In this document: piece after piece, positions 57,949-64,000 of the stretch
Position numbering within the stretch: position 1 is the first letter of the stretch
Layout: each line of letters begins with the position of its first letter
Origin: an uncultured bacterium
GTDB lineage: Bacteria; Hydrothermota; UBA3073; NMUJ01; CBEVQO01
DNA: 64,000 bases
Reading direction: 5' to 3'
Assembly: GCA_965552055.1 (NCBI GenBank)
Contig: CBEVQO010000003.1
Location: 206,381 to 270,380, forward strand
Made by a program: the position numbers and the translations under genes
The notes under the pieces: generated by a model
What the model was told of the DNA's origin: nothing
The model's input: the letters and a program-made list of their open reading frames with translations, nothing else
The model's database searches: none

Positions 57949-58958
57949 CTTTAATTTTGATAGGAGGCACGCTGTGGGGAGAGGTTAGAATTGGGCTTGC
58001 AGGAGGAACACTGCCAACAAGTTCTATACCATTCGTGGGTAAAAAGGTGAAATATGTTGAATATTGGCGCTTTGGGGAATCATGGACTTCTTATGTGTTA
58101 AAACTCGAATATGCAAAGTGGATGAAGGATTATGCTGTAAGAGCAGGAATAAAGGGCTTTAAATGGGGAGGACCAGGGGGTGATGATGTTTGCATTTATA
58201 CTTTACAAGGTTGGTTTTATCCCTATTTTACACTTGCACCAATTCCTGTTTATATTGGGATTGAGAAGCCACTGACTTTGAACTCATCATTTCAGGCAAA
58301 CTTCGAAGCATGCTTCTGGTGTTTAGGAGATGTCGATAGGTACTCTGCTAATCCTTACTCTTATTACGAATTTACTCTTGGCTGGCATTATTATCTCGGC
58401 AAAATTTCCCCTAAATTTTCAATAGGAGTTGATTTCTCACTTAATCTCGGCATGCGTGCTTACTATTATAAGTGGAAGTGGTGGGAATACGATGAAGGAT
58501 GGTTTTATACATATTTCGTCTCTGCGGGAATTGAGTTACCTATGATGAGATTCTCCCCGGCAAAGATTCTCACGGTGCAAGAAAAACCCCAACTATCACT
58601 CGAATTATTATTTGAAGACCCGAACAACAATGGCAAACTTGATGCAGAGGAAACAGGATATATTGTGTGTAAAATAACAAATCTGAAAAAGAGAAAGACA
58701 GCAGGGGTAAAGATAAAATGCCGGCTTTTAACAAAAGAATTTGAAGAAGAAATTGATATGGGTAAGCCAAAACCTTCCCGCATACCATATTTCAAAAAAT
58801 GGGAAAAGAAAATTGTGAAAATACCCGTAACAGGTGCACCACATCTACATACAGGTCAGATAACGGTAAAAGTGCAATGCATATACCTAAACAAAGTAAT
58901 AGCAGAAAGAGAACTTTTCATAATAACAAGAGGAAAATCAGACATCTATAAATATTAA
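57936..58958 (+). CDS. putative outer-membrane protein: barrel-like region + shared C-terminal domain (S7)
   Basis: MRWC leader; aromatic-rich core; DPNNNGKLDAEE...RGKSDIYKY. Confidence 0.65.
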   Translation: MRWCALILIGGTLWGEVRIGLAGGTLPTSSIPFVGKKVKYVEYWRFGESWTSYVLKLEYAKWMKDYAVRAGIKGFKWGGPGGDDVCIYTLQGWFYPYFTLAPIPVYIGIEKPLTLNSSFQANFEACFWCLGDVDRYSANPYSYYEFTLGWHYYLGKISPKFSIGVDFSLNLGMRAYYYKWKWWEYDEGWFYTYFVSAGIELPMMRFSPAKILTVQEKPQLSLELLFEDPNNNGKLDAEETGYIVCKITNLKKRKTAGVKIKCRLLTKEFEEEIDMGKPKPSRIPYFKKWEKKIVKIPVTGAPHLHTGQITVKVQCIYLNKVIAERELFIITRGKSDIYKY

Positions 58959-58968
58959 AAACAAATTA

Positions 58969-58995
58969 TTGACATAACAGAGTATCGATTACAAT
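58969..58995 (+). promoter_or_regulatory. promoter, leaderless
   Basis: TTGACA-15bp-TACAAT, ATG 5 nt downstream. Confidence 0.65.
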
Positions 58996-59000
58996 AAAAG

Positions 59001-59687
59001 ATGAAGAGTGCGGAAGAAAAATTCTGGGAAGCCCTTCAGAGATTAATTGAAAGACAGGAACAAACAGAAAAAGAAATAAGAGAATTGCGAGAATTACAAA
59101 AACAGACAGAAGAGGCAATAAAACATTTAAGTGAAGAAAATAAAAAGACAAGCAAAGAAGTGGAAAAAATGAGCGAAGAAGTAAAAAAGACAAGTGAATC
59201 GCTTCGCAAACTTGATAATCTTGTTGCTGATTTGGCAAAAAATGTGGGAGGATTAAACAATGCTTTTGGTAAGATTCCGGAGGCATTGAGTCAGCCACAA
59301 ATTGAGGAAGTGTTTGAGAAAAGAGGCTTTAATGTTTTAAAAATGATGCCAGATTTATGGGCAAAGCATAATAATAAGAGAAAAGAAGTTGATATGATAA
59401 TTGTTGCTCGTAAAGATGGGAAAAACTATGTGATTGTGGTTGAAACACAGGTGCAATTCAAATCAAAAAAAGAGATAGACGAACACATAAAATTCTGGAA
59501 AGAAGATTTTAAAAAATTCTTCCCCGAATATAAAAATTACGATGTTATAGGATGCGTGTGTGCTTTGAGATTTGGCAGAGGAGTTGACACCTATGCTATC
59601 CGTCAGGGCTTATTCTGTATGAAGCCGGTAAAAGGCATAATGGACATAATAAATCCGCCCGATTTTAAATTTAAAAAATTAAGTTAA
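59001..59687 (+). CDS. coiled-coil + divergent PD-(D/E)XK-like domain protein
   Basis: Same KSAEEKFWEAL..LIERQEQ start; EVDMI...VETQ. Confidence 0.65.
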   Translation: MKSAEEKFWEALQRLIERQEQTEKEIRELRELQKQTEEAIKHLSEENKKTSKEVEKMSEEVKKTSESLRKLDNLVADLAKNVGGLNNAFGKIPEALSQPQIEEVFEKRGFNVLKMMPDLWAKHNNKRKEVDMIIVARKDGKNYVIVVETQVQFKSKKEIDEHIKFWKEDFKKFFPEYKNYDVIGCVCALRFGRGVDTYAIRQGLFCMKPVKGIMDIINPPDFKFKKLS

Positions 59688-59705
59688 ATATCAATGGAGG
59701 GAGAG

Positions 59706-60386
59706 ATGGCAGAGATAAAAGTTGTAAGATGGGAAGAAGGCGAGCCGGTGCTTGACATTGAACTGGAAGAAGATTTGTTGAAGAAAAATCGCGAACTCGC
59801 CCAGGAAAATCGTCGCCTATTCGATGCAAAAGGCATTTTCGCAATAGATGTGGTGGGTGAGACAGGTTCCGGCAAAACAACTCTTATCTACAATCTTGCA
59901 AATGAGTTAAAAAATTACAGTATAGGAGCTATCGCGGGCGACCCAGAGGAACTCGCGGATGCAGAGATTTTGAAAGATGCAGTAAAAAAGGTTGTGCAGA
60001 TACAGACAGGAACAGAATGCCATCTTGATGCACATCTGCTGAAAAAGGCATTGAAAGAATTTGAAGATGAAAAGATAGACATCTTATTTATTGAGAATGT
60101 GGGAAATATAATCTGTCCTGCTGAATTCCCGCTTGGTGCACATTTAAGAATATGCTGTATTGGACTGGCATCACCTCATATCGTACGCAAACATCCATTC
60201 ATGTTTCGCTCGGCACAAATACTCGTGGTAAATAAAATCGACCTTAAAGATATAATTGATTTTGATTACAAAAAATTAATCGAAGATGCACGAAAAGTAA
60301 ATCCTAAATTGAAAATTTTTGAAGTATCATGTAAGCAAAAAACAGGAATAAAGGAGCTTGCCGATGAGATAAGAAAAATGAAATGA
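59706..60386 (+). CDS. hypB: hydrogenase nickel incorporation GTPase
   Basis: GSGKTT, TG.ECHLDAH, IENVGNIICPAEF.LG, NKID. Confidence 0.9.
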   Translation: MAEIKVVRWEEGEPVLDIELEEDLLKKNRELAQENRRLFDAKGIFAIDVVGETGSGKTTLIYNLANELKNYSIGAIAGDPEELADAEILKDAVKKVVQIQTGTECHLDAHLLKKALKEFEDEKIDILFIENVGNIICPAEFPLGAHLRICCIGLASPHIVRKHPFMFRSAQILVVNKIDLKDIIDFDYKKLIEDARKVNPKLKIFEVSCKQKTGIKELADEIRKMK

Positions 60387-62698
60387 GAAAGGGCTTTTTA
60401 GTTTTCTGTGTAATAGCCGGTCTTTTGAATATTTATTGCTTTTATTGTATACGGGAACAGAATGTATATCGTGGTTTCAAATCCGATGGAAATTGGACGG
60501 GTGAAGGAATAAAAATTCTTACGGTTGAAAAAAATTCCCCGGCTGAAAAAGCAGGCTTAAAAGCAGGAGACATAATAATAGAATTTGATGGAAAGAAAAT
60601 AAAAGACCCAAGAGAAGGGTTGAAATGGATAAGAGAGACACAGGCAGGCAAAAGAATACCTTTAAAAGTATTAAGAAAAGGGAATATTTTTTCAACTTAC
60701 ATAACTTTTATAAAAGCACCTTTCGGCACTTTGATTTATCATATAATTCTTGCGGTCATTTTTTTCATTCTGGGAGTATTTACTTATTTCAAAGGAAAAA
60801 ATAAATCGGCAACTTTACTTTCTACTTTTTATCTTGTATTTTCGATTTTTATATCTTCCTATTGTGTACATTTTGAAAAGACATTTCCATATCTTCTTTT
60901 GATATTTTCTGCAACTTTATTACCAATTTTCTTTTTGCATTTCACCTTTTATTTACCTAAAAAGAGTCCCATTATTCAGAAATACAGGATTATTGAATAT
61001 CTTATTTATATTCCGTTGATTTTTGGGATACTCTGGGAGGTTGAACATATTAAATATACACAATTTCCCTGTGTTATGTATTACAGGAGGGTGATGTTTT
61101 ACAATCATGTTATTCAGGTGTTAATTGCGTTTTATTTTCTTTTGGGTTTATTTAACATTTTCTGGACATTTCACAATGGGGATGCTCTTACCCGTCGTCA
61201 GCTTAAATGGGTGCTGTGGGGACTTGCTGTGGGCTTTGCTCCTGCTTTGATTCTATTCATAATACCGAATTTGATTCGCGGATTCGAGATAGTGCCATTA
61301 CATTTTACGCTAATACCCTCTATCATCTTTCTCGTTTCTTTGACATTTTCCATAATTAAATACAAACTGATAGATGTTGATTATGTGATAAGAAGAAGTG
61401 CTGTTTATGGTTTTACCTTTGCGGTTTTTTCTGTGATTTATCTCATAATTTTATTTCTGACGAATCTGTTTATAAAAAAGCTTTCGGGTATTTTTTACGA
61501 AGCCAGTTTTGCTGTTACTTTTTTCTCTTTTGGATTCTTTTTCCTGCCTTTGTATAGGAAAATTAAAAATGCGGTGGATAAAATATTTTTCAAAAAACTT
61601 CTTTCTTATGAAAAAGTGCTTGCAGAATATGGAAGGATGATAAAGGATATTGTTGATATGCAAAAGTTACTTACGATTTCTGTTGAGATGATAAGAAAAG
61701 CTTTACCCTGCGAATGGGTAGAGATAATTTTTTATGACCACGAGTTTAACAGAACTTTTACAGTGAAATCAAAAAATGAATCTATTTTTATACGGCATGA
61801 AAAAGGAGATACTTATTATGACCTTATAAAAGAAAGAAATGTATCTTTTCCGCCTGGGGAAAATTTAACCGAATTATCCTTGTTGATTACATCAGAAGGC
61901 AGAGTAGCGGGATTGCTGAGTGTAGGTGAGAAAACGATAAAAGATGTATATACAAGAGAAGATATTGAATTTTTAAATTCTTTCATTAATTATTTGAGTT
62001 TAAGTGCTAAAAATATTTTAACATTTGAAAAGCTGAAATACAGGATAAAGGTTGAAGAACATTTTCATCGCTTTTTACCGCGTCCTGTAGTTGAGGAGAT
62101 TGTAAATAATCCAGAAAGAATAAAACTCGGTGGAGACATAAGGAAGTTAACAATATTATTTGCAGATATTAAGGGATTTACGGAATTATCGGAAAAACTA
62201 CCACCGCAGGAAGTTGTCAATCTTTTAAACAATTATCTTTCTTTAATAACAGATGTTATTTTTATGAACAATGGCACACTTGATAAGTATATAGGAGACG
62301 GTGTTCTTGCCTTTTTTGGTGCACCTATATCCCGTCCAGATGATTCTTTGCGTGCTATAAAAGCAGCAATTTATATAACAAAGGAAATTAAAAAATTATC
62401 GTATGAAAGGGAAAAAGAAGGCAAACCTTATTTTGAGATAGGAATAGGGATAAACACAGGAGAAGTGCTTGTTGGGAATATAGGTTCGGAAGTAAGGATG
62501 GATTATACAGTTATAGGTGATGCGGTGAATACTGCACAAAGGGTGCAAACGCTTACAAAGCCATATCAAATTTTGATCACAGAATACACTTATAATGAGG
62601 TGAAAGATAAAATAATTTCAAAATCACTCGGAAAATTTGATTTTAAAGGCAAGAGCAAATCAATTGAAATTTTTGAAGTAATAGGAATAAAATATTAA
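60383..62698 (+). CDS. PDZ + multi-TM + GAF-like + class III adenylate cyclase
   Basis: SPAEKAGLKAGD PDZ; LFADIKGFT, DKYIGDG, DYTVIGDAVN.A.R. Confidence 0.88.
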   Translation: MRKGFLVFCVIAGLLNIYCFYCIREQNVYRGFKSDGNWTGEGIKILTVEKNSPAEKAGLKAGDIIIEFDGKKIKDPREGLKWIRETQAGKRIPLKVLRKGNIFSTYITFIKAPFGTLIYHIILAVIFFILGVFTYFKGKNKSATLLSTFYLVFSIFISSYCVHFEKTFPYLLLIFSATLLPIFFLHFTFYLPKKSPIIQKYRIIEYLIYIPLIFGILWEVEHIKYTQFPCVMYYRRVMFYNHVIQVLIAFYFLLGLFNIFWTFHNGDALTRRQLKWVLWGLAVGFAPALILFIIPNLIRGFEIVPLHFTLIPSIIFLVSLTFSIIKYKLIDVDYVIRRSAVYGFTFAVFSVIYLIILFLTNLFIKKLSGIFYEASFAVTFFSFGFFFLPLYRKIKNAVDKIFFKKLLSYEKVLAEYGRMIKDIVDMQKLLTISVEMIRKALPCEWVEIIFYDHEFNRTFTVKSKNESIFIRHEKGDTYYDLIKERNVSFPPGENLTELSLLITSEGRVAGLLSVGEKTIKDVYTREDIEFLNSFINYLSLSAKNILTFEKLKYRIKVEEHFHRFLPRPVVEEIVNNPERIKLGGDIRKLTILFADIKGFTELSEKLPPQEVVNLLNNYLSLITDVIFMNNGTLDKYIGDGVLAFFGAPISRPDDSLRAIKAAIYITKEIKKLSYEREKEGKPYFEIGIGINTGEVLVGNIGSEVRMDYTVIGDAVNTAQRVQTLTKPYQILITEYTYNEVKDKIISKSLGKFDFKGKSKSIEIFEVIGIKY

Positions 62699-62795
62699 GT
62701 AAAAGTGCTGAAAAACGGTTATGCAATCCTGTAAAAAATAGGTCGGGAGGGCAAAGCTCTTTGAAAAACTATGTATGGAATAAACAATCAATTGC

Positions 62796-62822
62796 TTGAC
62801 AAATTAAAATTTTACTTATAAT
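62796..62822 (+). promoter_or_regulatory. promoter, leaderless
   Basis: TTGACA-15bp-TATAAT, ATG 6 nt downstream. Confidence 0.65.
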
Positions 62823-62828
62823 AAGATG

Positions 62829-62942
62829 ATGGAAGAAATAGAAAAATTGTTATACAACACTGTGCAAGAAGATGCTTCAAAACTTGGTATAAAAATACTA
62901 AAAGGATTGATGGAAGCAGAAGAATATTTAAAATCGAAATGA
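62829..62942 (+). CDS. 37-aa small ORF (MEEIEKLLYNTVQEDASKLGIKILKGLMEAEEYLKSK) coupled to etfB
   Basis: Starts at predicted TSS; TGA overlaps etfB ATG (ATGA). Confidence 0.5.
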   Translation: MEEIEKLLYNTVQEDASKLGIKILKGLMEAEEYLKSK

Positions 62943-63730
62943 AAATAATAGTTTGTATAAAGCAGGTGCCGGACCCTGAGTCGGAAATTGTTTTTGATGA
63001 AAAAAAAGGGATATTACTTCGTGATAAAATGCCGGCGGTTATAAATCCGCTTGACCTCTATGCAATCGAAGAAGCACTTTTGCTAAAAGAAAAATACGGA
63101 GGCGAAACAGTAGCGATATCCATGGGACCGCCACAGACAGAAGATGCCCTGCGTGAAGCACTGTCAATGGGCATAGATGACGCAATATTGTTATGCGATA
63201 AAAGATTTGCAGGTGCAGATACTCTAGCAACTTCCTATACTCTTTCAAAAGCAATTGAAAAAATTGGAGAATACGATTTAATAATATGCGGTAAAAACTC
63301 AGTTGATGCAGATACAGGACAGGTAGGACCACAAATCGCGGAATTCCTTAAAATACCCCATATAGCGTATGTAGCAAAAATAGTTGAAATCGAAGAAAAT
63401 AATATAATTGTAAAAAGGATGACAGAAGAAGGATATGAAATCGTAAAGAGTGAGCTCCCATGCCTCATCACCGTAATTAAGGGCATAAACACGCCACGAA
63501 TACCTTCTCTCAGAGGTAAACTGCAGGCAAAAAAGAAAGAAATAAAAATATGGAAAAAAGAAGATATAAAAGCAAAGGATGAGAAAATAGGACTTAAAGG
63601 TTCGCCAACAAAAGTAAAAAGGGTTTATAAATTTGAAATAAAAAAAGAAGTAAAAATAATAAAAGAAGAGCCGGATAAATCAGCAAAAATAATTTATGAT
63701 TTTTTGAAGGAAGGCAAATTTTTGAGATAA
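62939..63730 (+). CDS. etfB: electron transfer flavoprotein beta subunit / FixA
   Basis: IIVCIKQVPD, NP.D..A.E.AL, FAGADTLATS, DADTGQVGP, GLKGSPT. Confidence 0.93.
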   Translation: MKIIVCIKQVPDPESEIVFDEKKGILLRDKMPAVINPLDLYAIEEALLLKEKYGGETVAISMGPPQTEDALREALSMGIDDAILLCDKRFAGADTLATSYTLSKAIEKIGEYDLIICGKNSVDADTGQVGPQIAEFLKIPHIAYVAKIVEIEENNIIVKRMTEEGYEIVKSELPCLITVIKGINTPRIPSLRGKLQAKKKEIKIWKKEDIKAKDEKIGLKGSPTKVKRVYKFEIKKEVKIIKEEPDKSAKIIYDFLKEGKFLR

Positions 63731-63734
63731 GCAC

Positions 63735-63761
63735 TTGACAAATTAGAATTATCTTTATAAT
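63735..63761 (+). promoter_or_regulatory. promoter, leaderless
   Basis: TTGACA-15bp-TATAAT, ATG 6 nt downstream. Confidence 0.65.
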
Positions 63762-63767
63762 AAAGCG

Positions 63768-64000
63768 ATGAGGAAACTTTCTGAGAAAGAGATAATCGAG
63801 CTAATAGAAAGAGAGTTGCCGAGGATTATAAAAGAGCATCCGGAGGTGAGGATGAGAATAGAGGAGATACTTGAGAAAAAGGCAGCGACCAAAGACGACA
63901 TAAAAGCAATACTCGAAGAACTGAGAAAATTAAGGGAAGATACGAACCGCAGATTCGAAGAACAAAGAGAAGAAATGAAGCGAGGATTTGAAAAGTTATC
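63768..64000 (+). CDS. DUF3782-like coiled-coil protein, paralog of 52318-53178 (3' truncated by window)
   Basis: MRKLSEKEIIELIERELPRIIKEHPEV...ATKDDIK...TNRRFEE. Confidence 0.75.
   Translation, partial: MRKLSEKEIIELIERELPRIIKEHPEVRMRIEEILEKKAATKDDIKAILEELRKLREDTNRRFEEQREEMKRGFEKL

Noticed and set aside
46115..58958. Shared C-terminal domain as a canonical T9SS CTD
   Set aside because: Lacks the recognisable YPNP and G.Y motifs of type A CTDs; left as an unassigned Ig-like domain.
44741..59690. Prophage, IS or integrative element
   Set aside because: No integrase, transposase, phage structural genes, flanking tRNA or att-like terminal repeats seen.
62717..62770. c-di-GMP-I riboswitch-like GCAA...GGCAAAGC segment
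   Set aside because: Lacks a convincing GNRA-capped stem and second stem, and lies upstream of the next promoter; would need an Rfam scan.
1..64000. tRNA or rRNA genes
   Set aside because: Intergenic gaps are short and none shows a cloverleaf/TTCGA arm or rRNA signature.

Overview
AT-rich bacterial chromosome segment, almost entirely + strand and densely packed. It is from a diderm; a PorV-like gene suggests an FCB-related lineage such as WOR-3 (inference only). Bases 1-44.7 kb are mostly housekeeping: panB-thiL-pyrD-pyrF; a reduced dcw cluster (rsmH to ftsZ, lacking mraZ/murB/ddl/ftsQ, with a propeller lipoprotein between murE and murF); rpsT-efp-exbBD-porV; a kinase-less CheY/triple-REC/CheX trio; serS, dtd, yicC-gmk-rpoZ-coaBC, udg, dnaB, mlaEFD and radA. 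Bases 44.7-59.7 kb form an accessory locus with no integrase, transposase or RT. It holds seven secreted/outer-membrane genes built from shared parts: a 27-nt RBS+MRWC leader x4, an identical 102-bp signal-peptide leader x2, an Ig-like C-terminal domain x4 and an identical 448-bp OmpA+promoter block x2. These alternate with five coiled-coil PD-(D/E)XK nuclease paralogs and two different toxin-antitoxin pairs placed behind the same duplicated promoter. This mix-and-match surface-protein locus is the main candidate for an undescribed system. A second notable signal is that many TTGACA promoters have a 15-bp spacer and appear to drive leaderless mRNAs. The window ends with hypB, a PDZ-membrane-adenylate cyclase, a 37-aa ORF coupled to etfB and a sixth, partial nuclease paralog. 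No rRNA, tRNA or CRISPR array was seen. All calls come from reading the sequence; no database searches were run.
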